Made by a program: the position numbers and the translations under genes | Notes under the pieces: generated by a model | Told to the model about the DNA's origin: nothing | Databases searched by the model: none | The model's input: only the letters and a program-made list of their open reading frames with translations | Shown here: piece after piece, positions 16,901 through 26,874 of the stretch | Layout of the letters: each line of letters starts with the position of its first letter | Position numbering within the stretch: position 1 is the first letter of the stretch | Origin: Eubacteriales bacterium | GTDB lineage: Bacteria; Bacillota; Clostridia; Oscillospirales; JAAYXM01 | Assembly: GCA_045586595.1 (NCBI GenBank) | Contig: JAZNAQ010000020.1 | Location: forward strand, 281 to 64,280 | Reading direction: 5' to 3' | Length of the DNA stretch: 64,000 nucleotides

Positions 16901-18972
16901 ACACCGCCGCCTCCCGAGATAACTTTATCAACATACGCCTTAATTGCATCTTCAAGCTCATCTTTTCTTACATAAACTGCATCAGTCAGCGGCTCAAACG
17001 TGCTGAGAGTAAAATCTCTGAATACCATTGCCGCTCTGCTGCCGGATGATTTAACTACGCGAAGGATTAACACGTGCTCCCCTTCAGAAAGCTCAACAGT
17101 TCCGATGCGTACATTCTCGAAACCATCGAGTTCGATGGAGCCTGCCTTACGCGTATAAATAACACCTATAGGCTCCGCCCCCTGTACTGAGGTTAAATCC
17201 GAGAAGTATTTGAAATTCTCCCTCTTCATAGTATCGGGGGAGCCCTCTAACTCCGCATTGCTGATAACACCATAGGTTTCAGTGTTATCAGGTGCAAATT
17301 CTGCCCGCATCTCGTCTGTCATTGGTATTATATATGACTCTATTTTACCTCCGTTTTTATAAAACCCCCAATTCTCATGTAAGACGTATTTCCCTGTCTT
17401 AGGTACTTTAATTTTAAAAGCTATCCATTCGTCAGAGTACATCGTTGGCGTCTCTAACCATTCTTCACGCAGAGAGGTAAAGTTGCCTGAAGAAGTAGAC
17501 CTTGTAGCTACTGTCCCAAGAAATGCCCATGTACGGTCAGAGCCTGAACCTTCATCAGGATATTCTGAGTAAGCCTCAAGAGTACCATTGGTTACTACAT
17601 CCGAGTGTCCATTATTCGTATAGAATTTGAACGCTCTCTCAGTAAGCGTCCCCTCCATAGGTTTGGCTATAAGCTTTCCGTCAACATCTGCTCCGAGAGT
17701 TACAGGAATATTAAGTTGGTCTGAAAGCTGACGAATTTCACCGGAAAGCTCTGCAATCGAATCATATTTAGAAATATCAAAAACCTTTCCATCAAATTTT
17801 ATAGTACCGTCTTTGCATACTGTAAATGCGTTTTTTCGGTCATTCTCGCCTGTTCCTGCCCCTATCATAAACAAAGCATCAAGGTCATCAGGATTGTTAT
17901 ACATACCAAAAGATGCTTGGTATTTATTCAGCACAATATTCTGAAAACCCGCAATAAAAGCCGCGATTGCGCTCGCTCCAATGCGGTTCCCCCACCCAGC
18001 TGCAAACGCTCTATCAGCTTCAACAAGGTTATCATAGTTGACCGCCATGGAAGCCTTACCCGGCACGTTGTTATATTTACCAAGTGCCGCAGAGAGCTGA
18101 CCCGGTGCTTCGTTCGGTGAATAGTATCGGTCATCACCCTTATCGTATGTAGGGTCAATCTGAACTATAGAGCCTGTACCCTCGCCTCCCTGTAGATTGC
18201 TTATTGGTAAAAGCTCTGAAAGCGGTGTAATTCCGTCTCCTATGAAGATACGATATCGAACCGTATCTGTTATAATGAGCTCTTTGTTCTCGTCATACGC
18301 CGGCATATTATCATATTTAACAATATACATCTCGCCATCATCGGGTATTATAGAAGTAAGGTCGTCGTGCACAGAAACAATCGCCAATCCGCTCCCAACG
18401 TTTTCAGCCATACCTCCGCCTGTTCCGGGCATTATTCCAAGCTGCGCGGCCGTAACCTTATGCGGGTTGCTCTTATCTGCGATGTGTTCGCTTATCTTCT
18501 CATCTGCAAGCCTGATGAGGGAATCAATCCGTTCAACATCAGATACATTTGCCTTTGCCGTCGTGACAACTTCTATAAGCTCGCGGTTGTCCTTTATGTA
18601 CGCAACAAGCTCAGACAACTGGTCGAGCGTTGTATCGTCACTGTCCGCAAGCGCATTCAGCCTTCTTGTCAGTTCCGACACAAGGATACGAATATCGTTG
18701 TGAGCACCATCTGCTGTGTTGTGCATAGATACAAGCCCTTCAGCATGCTCTTTCGCGTTCTGCTCTGCACTGTCGTTTGCCGTTTCAAGCCCCGCAATTA
18801 TCTCCATGAGCTCATCAATGAGCGCGTTGAACTTTTCTTTTATCTCCTTGTCGCCTCTGCCGTCAAAAATCGCCTTAAGCTGTTTTGCCGAATATCCCGC
18901 GTCTGAAGGATAGTCCGGCAGGTCTGCCACGTTATCCGCATAGGTTGTTATCTTGTGATTGTCTAAGCTCAT
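16897..18972 (-). CDS. Tail fibre / receptor-binding protein (putative)
   Basis: 691 aa. The N-terminus NVADLPDYPSDAGYSAKQLKAIFD resembles phage fibre/appendage N-termini. It is followed by a coiled-coil stretch and a beta-rich C-terminal half. Confidence 0.45.
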   Translation of the reverse strand: MSLDNHKITTYADNVADLPDYPSDAGYSAKQLKAIFDGRGDKEIKEKFNALIDELMEIIAGLETANDSAEQNAKEHAEGLVSMHNTADGAHNDIRILVSELTRRLNALADSDDTTLDQLSELVAYIKDNRELIEVVTTAKANVSDVERIDSLIRLADEKISEHIADKSNPHKVTAAQLGIMPGTGGGMAENVGSGLAIVSVHDDLTSIIPDDGEMYIVKYDNMPAYDENKELIITDTVRYRIFIGDGITPLSELLPISNLQGGEGTGSIVQIDPTYDKGDDRYYSPNEAPGQLSAALGKYNNVPGKASMAVNYDNLVEADRAFAAGWGNRIGASAIAAFIAGFQNIVLNKYQASFGMYNNPDDLDALFMIGAGTGENDRKNAFTVCKDGTIKFDGKVFDISKYDSIAELSGEIRQLSDQLNIPVTLGADVDGKLIAKPMEGTLTERAFKFYTNNGHSDVVTNGTLEAYSEYPDEGSGSDRTWAFLGTVATRSTSSGNFTSLREEWLETPTMYSDEWIAFKIKVPKTGKYVLHENWGFYKNGGKIESYIIPMTDEMRAEFAPDNTETYGVISNAELEGSPDTMKRENFKYFSDLTSVQGAEPIGVIYTRKAGSIELDGFENVRIGTVELSEGEHVLILRVVKSSGSRAAMVFRDFTLSTFEPLTDAVYVRKDELEDAIKAYVDKVISGGGGV

Positions 18973-18973
18973 T

Positions 18974-20605
18974 TTACATTACCCCCTGTTCTGTTATCGG
19001 CAGGTCCGCTCCGCCCGGCATAAGCTGTTGCATCTGCGCCGCCTGTTGCTCTTGCTGTTTTATGTTCGCCTTAAGTGTTTTGACTATTTTCGCCTTGTTC
19101 TTAATGAACTTGTCCGGGATGGATTCGAGATATGTAACCGCATCCGGAACAATTCCCTTCGCCAGGAGATTATCCGCCGTCTGAATCTGCGTGAGCTCGC
19201 TCCAGTATGACGACTGCCCTATCTCAACTTTCATGTTGTAATTTGCATCACTGAGCGTCGAGAAGTCATGCATTCCTTCGTAGGACGCACCGTCGCTTGT
19301 TATGTTTATCGGACGCGTACCGTAGTCCGTGCGGATGATGTCAATAATTATCCGCACACATTCTTCCATAAACCTGAAATACTCAAGCCTCTGTATCTCA
19401 AGCGGCATTGCCGCGGCGTTCTGTGTTGCGATAATTGCAGACGTGTTGTCCGGCTTTACGTTGCCGAGCGCCGCATCATTCGCGCCCATATACTCCGACG
19501 TGTGCTGCATCAGGCCGTTTATAATGTTCATCATCTGCGGAGACATATTTCCGCCGCCGGTGGCTGATGCAATAGCGTCGTTCGGGTTTCCCACAACACC
19601 TATCGCCTGTCCCACCTTGTTGCTCCAGCTCGGAATTTTCGTTGCATCGTAAACCATCTTCTGTATTGCGTTTGTCTTAGCCCAGTGTATGCTCATTGCA
19701 TACAGCTGATTTATACATATCTGGTTCGGAATCGTCTGCGATACAGCACTCATGCCGTGGTATGAGTTTTTTATCTCTTCCCATACCATATTGGCTATCG
19801 GGTACCGTTCATACTTTGTGTCCCACTCAGAGCGAAGCACAACATCCTTCGTCGTCTTTATCGCGTGTATAGTTCCGTTCTCGCGCCAGAGCTTTGTTAT
19901 AACCGTGCAGAGCTCACTGCTCCCGCTCTCTCTGAATGTGTATATATCCGAGTCATCGTCGGCGTGTATCTGTGCGACCTCGTCATCAGAAAGCCCGCGC
20001 TTTTTAGCTTCTTCGCGCACGTCGGACAAAATACACGGTGTTGCTATTATTATGTACGGCTGTTTCTGGACCTCGTATTTATACGGATTGCCGAAAATAA
20101 CGCTTGTGTTGTCAATAACCTCGCTCGCTATACCGCCTCGGGCGCCGTTGCCTGCGTCTATGTCCTCGTCAAAGTAGAAATACATATACGCATCGCCGTC
20201 AACCGCCGCGTTTCTGACGACCTTTCGCGCCTGTGCTTTTATATTGCAGCGCTCAATCGTCTTATCGACCTCGGTCTCAATTACTCTCGCATCGAGCTCC
20301 TCTTTGATAACTTCCATCGGCTTCCCGCCGTCCTCGGCCGCCATCTGTGTTTTTGTCTTTTTATACGGCTCAAGAAGTATTCCGACATCATCCGATACAA
20401 GCATTGCTATAAAGTAGCTCACAACGCGCTTTGTTACGTTAAGAACAGGCTTTGGCAGGTCAGGGGCGTTAAGCCCCTCCCACTGCTTGCCGATAAAGAA
20501 GTTTTCGCACGTCTTTACAGTCTCATATAAGTCAATCGACTTGTTGTAGTTCTTACCCTTTCCAAACTCCCGCCAAATCTCCGTTGCCGTCTTTTTAATA
20601 TCCAT
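18974..20605 (-). CDS. Portal protein
   Basis: 543 aa. The size, the FFIGKQWEG segment near the N-terminus and the position within the structural module fit SPP1-gp6-type portals. Confidence 0.7.
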   Translation of the reverse strand: MDIKKTATEIWREFGKGKNYNKSIDLYETVKTCENFFIGKQWEGLNAPDLPKPVLNVTKRVVSYFIAMLVSDDVGILLEPYKKTKTQMAAEDGGKPMEVIKEELDARVIETEVDKTIERCNIKAQARKVVRNAAVDGDAYMYFYFDEDIDAGNGARGGIASEVIDNTSVIFGNPYKYEVQKQPYIIIATPCILSDVREEAKKRGLSDDEVAQIHADDDSDIYTFRESGSSELCTVITKLWRENGTIHAIKTTKDVVLRSEWDTKYERYPIANMVWEEIKNSYHGMSAVSQTIPNQICINQLYAMSIHWAKTNAIQKMVYDATKIPSWSNKVGQAIGVVGNPNDAIASATGGGNMSPQMMNIINGLMQHTSEYMGANDAALGNVKPDNTSAIIATQNAAAMPLEIQRLEYFRFMEECVRIIIDIIRTDYGTRPINITSDGASYEGMHDFSTLSDANYNMKVEIGQSSYWSELTQIQTADNLLAKGIVPDAVTYLESIPDKFIKNKAKIVKTLKANIKQQEQQAAQMQQLMPGGADLPITEQGVM

Positions 20606-20643
20606 ATCGCTTCTCCTTTCTGTTTTTCATCTTCTCGGTCCCC

Positions 20644-20703
20644 AAGCCTTCCCCTTGAGGGGAAGGTGCCGAGCTTCGCGCGGCGGATGAGGTGTCACCC
20701 TCC
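20644..20703 (-). repeat. Intercistronic structured repeat, family 1, copy 1
   Basis: Read on the minus strand: CACCTCATCC, hairpin GCCG...CGGC, then the CACCTTCCCC-TCAA-GGGGAAGG hairpin and CTTGG. It sits between the stop of the giant gene and the portal RBS. Confidence 0.8.
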
Positions 20704-23700
20704 TTATTTCGTATCGTGGTACAGCGTGTATATCCGTCTGGCGATACTGTTCTTATATCCGAGCTTTTGTATTGCCGCAACCTCGTCTGCCTTTGAGCTG
20801 TTCTTTGATATCGCGCTCTCGATTTTTTCAAACTCAGCATACGAGATGTCAAAGCGGTCAGATATAGCCTCAAAGCGCCTGTCAGTTTTGCCGAAGTATT
20901 CTTCATAATACTCCTTCCATGTTGTCTTTCCGCGTTTTACCTTCTCCTCCGCCTTTTTGTGGACATCAGAGCCGCCGTTTACTCTTATTGCATATTCCTC
21001 TCCGTAGAGCGCGCGGTTTGCTTCTCTGTACGCATATTCAAGCTTTTTATCCTCATCGCGGCCCGGATACTTTTTCAGATACTTTTCAACATTGCTACGG
21101 TATTTGTCGATGTTTTCAAGTATGGTCTTCTGGTACGCCGTCTTCTCTGCGCTCGCCGCTCTGACGGCCGCACGCCGTTCCTTGCTTGTTAGGTTTTTGT
21201 CCGTCTCTGCGGCTCTTATCTTCGAGCTGTAGGTACCTACCATATTCCTTTCTCGGTTTAAATGCTTGTAAACGATTTTATCTACCAGCGTACCCTTTGC
21301 AGAGTTCTTCGCCTGCTCCGCGGCATCAACCGCATCGTAAAACTCACCGCTTATCTTGTTTGAAAGCTTGCTGTCAGTCATAAAACTCGATGTCAATGCG
21401 CTCCAAGCCCCAAGCGCTATATTCTCTGCCACATTGTCGCCCTTTTGCTCGCTCGGTGTCAGCATCGGAAGGACCATTCGCCCAACGCCGCCTGTATACT
21501 GCTTGAGGATATAGTTGAGCTTTTTCGGTGATACTCCCAATGCCTTTCCAAGAGCCTTTGAAACGTAGTCCGTTGAGTTGTCAAACCTCTCTCCCGCCGG
21601 GAGCGACTGAAGGCTGTCGTTTTCAATGTCGGTACCGTACCAGGTTCTGCCCTTACTTTCGTCGTTGAGTAAGTCGGTATTTATCGCATCTTGAAGAATA
21701 TGGTTCAGCGGATTTTCGGGAAGTATGTTTTCTGCAATTATCGAAAGTGCCTCGCCTGCATCAACCTTCTCGCCCTTCATCGTGTCGCGCAACCTGTCGG
21801 CCACAACGCCGAGCGCAGCCATAACGCGTCCTTTCGGAAGTCGTATAAACTTTCCGTCGTCCGTCGGGAATAAGAAGTAGTTGTCCTTCATTCTTTCCGG
21901 GAGATTTTCATAGTCCTCTTTTTCGTCGTCATCTCCAAATGCGCCAAGCACAAGGTCATTAAAGAAGCCTGCAGTAAGCCCGAACATTGTGCATTTAACC
22001 GCAAGAGCTATCCATGCTTTTGAACTCTTGCTTTCCGTGAATGTTCTCACGAGTTTTGCCGTTCCCTGCAAAGACGGGTTAAGAAACGGGACAATGTATC
22101 TGTTTATTACTTTTCCATATGTCCCGCTTTCGCCAAAGTTTGTTGTGATGTCTGCAGCTGCAAGAAGAGCATCTGAAAGTGTGTCAACAGAGTTCGGGTC
22201 TCCCTTCTCGTAAACACTCATAAACTCCGCAAGTCGCGGCGCCTGCTCAATCACCACATTCAATGAAGCAATTCCTTCTTTTATCTTCTTCAGCTTTCCG
22301 CTTTTTGTTACGCCCTCATTCTGGATGTCTTCAAACCTTGAGGAACTTAAACCTCCTGCCGCTTGGTATAACTCCCACATTTCGCCGTTTGTTACTATCT
22401 CCTTGTATGCACGCCCAAAATTCTTTAAAAATGCTTTTGTATCCGTGCTATATATAAGCGCATCCTGGAAATCCTTGAGAAAGTTTCTTACACCAAAGGT
22501 CACATCGTATGTAGTGATAAGCTTTTTGTATGTATCAACTATATTCCCCCACAACTTTACACCCGGAATCTTTTCTTTCGGCATATTTGATAAGGTGTCA
22601 AACGCCTCAAATGTTTCAGGCGTGACAGACATTTTCACGCTTTTTCCGTCCTTGTAAAAACCAACAGTGTTTTCGAGGAAGCTTTCTTCTGCTATGTTGT
22701 CAAACTCTGCATCAAGATTTCTTCCTTCTTCGTTCACCTCTGTTATGTATCCTTTTAACAACTCGGGGTTTTTGTCGTACAAGTCTAAAACCTTGTTTGC
22801 AAGTATGTTTTTCTGCCCGTTTTTTACGACTTTATTTGTCATCGCAGACAGTGCTACATCAAGCGGCAACAATTTCTCCTGGCCGCCCTCCGCTTTGCTT
22901 ATCGCAGCACTTATATTTACTTTCCCCGTAATCCACTTCATATTCTCTTCGGTATTTCTGTATGTCGGGACATAATCGGGATACTTCTTTTTGAAATAAT
23001 CCGCCTCTTCCTGCGTTATAAGTCCGCTGTCGATTCGGTACTGCATAAGATTGTCAACATATTTGCGAACTTTTGATTCATATTCCTTAAACTCCGGATT
23101 TTCGCGCAAGAGTTGTGCCGCCTTCCATCTGGACTTATTAGCATCAAGCGGAAGTTTGGTATTCTCAAATAAAATAGGTTTGTTTTTCTCTTCCGCCGCC
23201 CTTAACTTCCTCTGTAACTCTAAATACTTTCTTGCCCGAAGCCCTCCGTTGTCTTCTCTTTTGCTCATTTCTTTGAGCTGTTCTTGCGTCCTCGTCGGAA
23301 GGTCGGAATTTGCTTTTATGTATTCCTGAAGTTCTGCGTTTGCTCTCTCTTCTGCCGTTCTGTTTTCAAGGCTCATTCGCGCTACATTGTGCCTCAGAAA
23401 AATATATCGCTGAAAATCATTCCAATGCTGTTCACCCTTTTCCTTTATAGGGCTAATTATTTCTTCAAGGCTCTCTCCAACCTTTTGACCTTTTATGTTT
23501 GTCTGCTTGTTTCCGAGCATATCCGAAACAATGTTCCCAGCACTTCGTGTGCGGTTATATGTGCCGTATAAGTGCTCATCTTTAACCGTCTTTGCAATTT
23601 TCCGAATAGCCTCACCACTGTTCAACATCTTGCGTTTTGCAAAACTTGCGGTTTCACTTATTTTTTTCAAAAAAGGTTTCTTTTCCTCTTCAGGCTTTCC

Positions 23701-26700
23701 CATCACTTGAGATTCTTTTTCTTCGCCATTTTTCTCCGCTGTCACCTGCGCCCGCTCCTCGATATCATTAAAATATGTATCAAGCCCCGTCTCCTCGATA
23801 TATGAGCCATCCACAGAGCCTTCCCCTTGAGGGGAAGGGAAACCGCTTGCGGTGGATGAGGTGTCTGCTGTCTTCCCATAATCCGGAGAAAGCAAATCTT
23901 CCGTTTTTAACGAATTTTGCCTGTTGCTTTTTTCAGGAGAATCGGGTATACTATTAGTAGAGGAGTTGATATCCTCTGAATTATCACGCAGGAATGTAGA
24001 CTTCGGATTTTGTCCGTATGAGCTACTTATGTCCTGCGTGATATTTTTTATTTGTGTTATATCCGTCAGAAGGTCTCCCTTTTCATTCGGGAGAATATTT
24101 ATCCTCCCTTCAAAATATTCATTTCCTACTTTGAATATCGTATCAAAATATTTAAAATCCCCTGTCGCCTGCGGATGTACGTGCCCGTCTGCTCCGTCTG
24201 GGGCCGTTCTGAAGTTTGTCCCTGCATCGATAAGGTTGTCAAGTTCCGTTGACGCTCGCATTTTTGCATCATATTCAAGACCGCTTATTCTCTTTGCTGG
24301 ATGCCCGTATTCTGCTGCGCTTCGTCCATTTACGAAAACTCTGTTATCGCGTCCAACTACTTTTCCGGAAAATCTTTCTTTTATTATTTTGGTTGCCATT
24401 CTTCCTTTTTCATTTTCTGTCAACCCATCAAATAAATGTTGGTCTGTTTGTACATCTACAAAACGTCTTCCGTCATCAAACATTTTTAAATCATACATTC
24501 TCCCGCCGCCTGCTTCTGTGCCGGCGGTGTTTATATTTCCGCTTGCGACTGCAGTTTCCGTTGCAGAGAGCATCTGCTCAAACTGCGCGACCGCCGCCTC
24601 AAGCTCCGATACCCTCGCGCCGTATTTCTCCTGTGATGCAGTGTCCATCTTCGACTTATCCCCGGAGAAAGTGGATTTTACTTTTGCTATAAAATCCTTT
24701 ATGCTGTCAATAAATCTCACAGCAACGTTGCGGTTGCTTTGTGCGAGTCGGTCAAACAGACTTATGTCGTTTACAATACGGCTTGCAAAGTCTGCCGCTA
24801 TCTCGTCAAGTGCCTGTGCGTCTGAAAACTCGGTCTGTGTGCCTTTTGAATATTCTGCCTTGTATCGGGTTATAAGCTCGCTCTTTTCGGCGTTGCTAAG
24901 CTTTTCAGATGCGTTTACCGCAAGCTCAAGGAACGCGTTATACTCTGCCGGCGCCGTTCTCTTCATATGGTGTGTCACTTCGTGGCAGAGGACAACTTCA
25001 AGCGGATTTTCCGCATCCTGGGCGATTACTATATTCCCGTTTTCATAATATCCGTTATGTGCGCCCGGTGCACTCCCCGTAGGTGCGCCGATAGAGATAT
25101 TAATGCCGAGCGCACGGCCGATAGCATCAAGCGCACGAATCTGCTTATTCGTTATCTTGTCGCTGAACTCGGTTTTTGTAAAACCGCCGCCCGCTCGGTT
25201 TCGGTTTATTGCTGTGTTTATTTCCGATATGGCCGAAGCTCCTCCGCCCATTATTCCGCCGGAGAGCGCTCCGCCCGCTCCCGCCATAAGAATATTTTTG
25301 CCGAAGAATTGGAAAAACGCTTCTTTTTCTGCCTCTATGCGGCTCGTCCCGTTCTTTTCAAGCTCTGATATGTAATTCTGATACTCAGATTTATCGCGCA
25401 TTACGGCAATATCAAGCGCAGTATTTGCAAGCTCAGAAACCATTTCCTCTGTCGCTTCCATCCCCGCTTGCTTTAAAACCGACTTTATCGTTGCTTTTAC
25501 TCCTGTTTTTCCAACCTGCTTTGCCGTTTTAAAAAGGTTGTCAAGCGGCATCTTTTCTGTAAGAGCCTCAATAGTGCCCGCCGCTGTTGATAAAACCAAA
25601 GCCTGCCCCGCCGTTCCTCCGCGCTCTAAAACGTCAAGCGTTGTCTGGCCTGCGGTATCCGCGCCCATAGCCAGCATCGCATACGGGCCGAGCGGAGCCT
25701 TGCTTAAAAAGTTCGCCATAGAAAGCCCCGTACCTGCAAGAAATGACGCAACCTCGCCCTTTGTTCCGCCGCCCGCCGCATCATATGCGCGGTCTGTCAC
25801 GCCTTCGCTTGTTTGTTTCGCCGTGTGCGCGCCTCTGAAAGCGCTCGAATTTGTGTCTGTCGGAACATACTCATCTCTGAAGATGTTTCCGACTGCATTT
25901 ACTGCGTTTTCAACGTATGCCGCAGGAGTAGTGAAGCTTGCCCCGACATTTTTTACAGCTCCCACAACAGGTCTTTCGTATGCGTCCTTATACGTCTCCT
26001 TGTTTTCTGCTTCCTGAACCCGCTTGTTCAGCGTTCTTTCAAGGAGCTTATAATATTCCTCAGCCTTGTCAAACTGACCGTCTGCCGCAAAGCTTCTCAT
26101 TACGTTCTTCTCTTTCTCGGTCATCTGCTCAACGCGCGCCTTATCTTCTCCATACTGGCCCTCAGAATCTGCAGTTCCATTAACAAAAGACATAATTATA
26201 TCTATATGTACCTGTTTACTGAACGGAGACGGCAAATTATATTTACCGTCTTCAAACTCTGCACTTGATGTAATCTTTGCGCCGATATTTGCCTTTTCGT
26301 CAAAGTCAGCGTTTGCGCTTACCGCTTCCATCTCATTTCTTTTCTCGGCTTGGCGATAATTATAAACATTGTTGCGCGTTTCCTGCGCCGCATTTCGGTA
26401 TATGTTAAGATATGCGTCCCCTGCTTTCATAGCGGCAATGGCAGGGTTCTCATCCCCGCGGGCTTTAGCCTTTAAAAACTCTTCGTCATACCTACGCTGA
26501 GCTTCTTTTTTTACGTAATCAGACTCCGCCCAGGCTTCAATATCCTTTGCGCGTGAAAGTTCACGCACCTTATCTGTGTCCCCGGAGGCCTCGGCGCGCT
26601 TGATAGCCCCCGCTCTGACCTCTGGAAGCATGGAATACTGAACGCTTCTGTTTGCTTCTCTGCGGTTTATGTCCGTTTCTTTTTCCTCGGCAGTCTTCGG

Positions 26701-26844
26701 TACAGGAGCAGAAAACGAAGTTCCCTGCTTTTTCCTTTCCTCAGCAGCAGTGGCATCCGCCATGAGCTTTTTCTCCCAATCTATTCTCTTTTGTTGCTGT
26801 CTTCTTTTTCTTTCTTCATTTACGCCGTCAACAAGTATTCCCAC
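20704..26844 (-). CDS. Giant virion-associated multidomain (polyvalent-type) protein with zincin HExxH motif
   Basis: 2046 aa with a GTG start after GGAAGGAGAG. LCHEVTHHM is encoded at 24984-24967. The protein has coiled-coil and Gly-rich segments and predicted TM helices in the C-terminal half. Gene context is structural. Confidence 0.6.
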   Translation of the reverse strand: MGILVDGVNEERKRRQQQKRIDWEKKLMADATAAEERKKQGTSFSAPVPKTAEEKETDINRREANRSVQYSMLPEVRAGAIKRAEASGDTDKVRELSRAKDIEAWAESDYVKKEAQRRYDEEFLKAKARGDENPAIAAMKAGDAYLNIYRNAAQETRNNVYNYRQAEKRNEMEAVSANADFDEKANIGAKITSSAEFEDGKYNLPSPFSKQVHIDIIMSFVNGTADSEGQYGEDKARVEQMTEKEKNVMRSFAADGQFDKAEEYYKLLERTLNKRVQEAENKETYKDAYERPVVGAVKNVGASFTTPAAYVENAVNAVGNIFRDEYVPTDTNSSAFRGAHTAKQTSEGVTDRAYDAAGGGTKGEVASFLAGTGLSMANFLSKAPLGPYAMLAMGADTAGQTTLDVLERGGTAGQALVLSTAAGTIEALTEKMPLDNLFKTAKQVGKTGVKATIKSVLKQAGMEATEEMVSELANTALDIAVMRDKSEYQNYISELEKNGTSRIEAEKEAFFQFFGKNILMAGAGGALSGGIMGGGASAISEINTAINRNRAGGGFTKTEFSDKITNKQIRALDAIGRALGINISIGAPTGSAPGAHNGYYENGNIVIAQDAENPLEVVLCHEVTHHMKRTAPAEYNAFLELAVNASEKLSNAEKSELITRYKAEYSKGTQTEFSDAQALDEIAADFASRIVNDISLFDRLAQSNRNVAVRFIDSIKDFIAKVKSTFSGDKSKMDTASQEKYGARVSELEAAVAQFEQMLSATETAVASGNINTAGTEAGGGRMYDLKMFDDGRRFVDVQTDQHLFDGLTENEKGRMATKIIKERFSGKVVGRDNRVFVNGRSAAEYGHPAKRISGLEYDAKMRASTELDNLIDAGTNFRTAPDGADGHVHPQATGDFKYFDTIFKVGNEYFEGRINILPNEKGDLLTDITQIKNITQDISSSYGQNPKSTFLRDNSEDINSSTNSIPDSPEKSNRQNSLKTEDLLSPDYGKTADTSSTASGFPSPQGEGSVDGSYIEETGLDTYFNDIEERAQVTAEKNGEEKESQVMGKPEEEKKPFLKKISETASFAKRKMLNSGEAIRKIAKTVKDEHLYGTYNRTRSAGNIVSDMLGNKQTNIKGQKVGESLEEIISPIKEKGEQHWNDFQRYIFLRHNVARMSLENRTAEERANAELQEYIKANSDLPTRTQEQLKEMSKREDNGGLRARKYLELQRKLRAAEEKNKPILFENTKLPLDANKSRWKAAQLLRENPEFKEYESKVRKYVDNLMQYRIDSGLITQEEADYFKKKYPDYVPTYRNTEENMKWITGKVNISAAISKAEGGQEKLLPLDVALSAMTNKVVKNGQKNILANKVLDLYDKNPELLKGYITEVNEEGRNLDAEFDNIAEESFLENTVGFYKDGKSVKMSVTPETFEAFDTLSNMPKEKIPGVKLWGNIVDTYKKLITTYDVTFGVRNFLKDFQDALIYSTDTKAFLKNFGRAYKEIVTNGEMWELYQAAGGLSSSRFEDIQNEGVTKSGKLKKIKEGIASLNVVIEQAPRLAEFMSVYEKGDPNSVDTLSDALLAAADITTNFGESGTYGKVINRYIVPFLNPSLQGTAKLVRTFTESKSSKAWIALAVKCTMFGLTAGFFNDLVLGAFGDDDEKEDYENLPERMKDNYFLFPTDDGKFIRLPKGRVMAALGVVADRLRDTMKGEKVDAGEALSIIAENILPENPLNHILQDAINTDLLNDESKGRTWYGTDIENDSLQSLPAGERFDNSTDYVSKALGKALGVSPKKLNYILKQYTGGVGRMVLPMLTPSEQKGDNVAENIALGAWSALTSSFMTDSKLSNKISGEFYDAVDAAEQAKNSAKGTLVDKIVYKHLNRERNMVGTYSSKIRAAETDKNLTSKERRAAVRAASAEKTAYQKTILENIDKYRSNVEKYLKKYPGRDEDKKLEYAYREANRALYGEEYAIRVNGGSDVHKKAEEKVKRGKTTWKEYYEEYFGKTDRRFEAISDRFDISYAEFEKIESAISKNSSKADEVAAIQKLGYKNSIARRIYTLYHDTK
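23815..23864 (-). repeat. Family 1 repeat, copy 2, embedded in frame in the giant ORF
   Basis: It has the same CACCTCATCC, ACCGC/GCGGT hairpin and CCTTCCCC/GGGGAAGG hairpin, and is translated as TSSTASGFPSPQGEGS. Confidence 0.8.
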
Positions 26845-26874
26845 AAAAAGCTCTCCTTCCCGCTTGTAAAATAT

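Noticed and set aside
20595-20906. 103-aa minus-strand ORF spanning the portal/giant-gene junction
   Set aside because: It reads through the family-1 repeat (giving ...SSAPSPQGEGLG...) and overlaps the 3' end of the giant gene in another frame. It is an artefact of the repeat. The same applies to 31060-31548 (-) and 28184-28678 (+).
23924-25048. 374-aa plus-strand ORF, together with many other 60-220-aa plus-strand ORFs between 20.9 and 26.9 kb
   Set aside because: These ORFs are antisense shadows of the 2046-aa minus-strand gene. Their composition is low-complexity S/F/L-rich, they have no RBS, and they overlap a much better supported gene. The same reasoning applies to 13792-14811 (+), 18197-18906 (+), 19865-20530 (+) and 58323-58979 (+).
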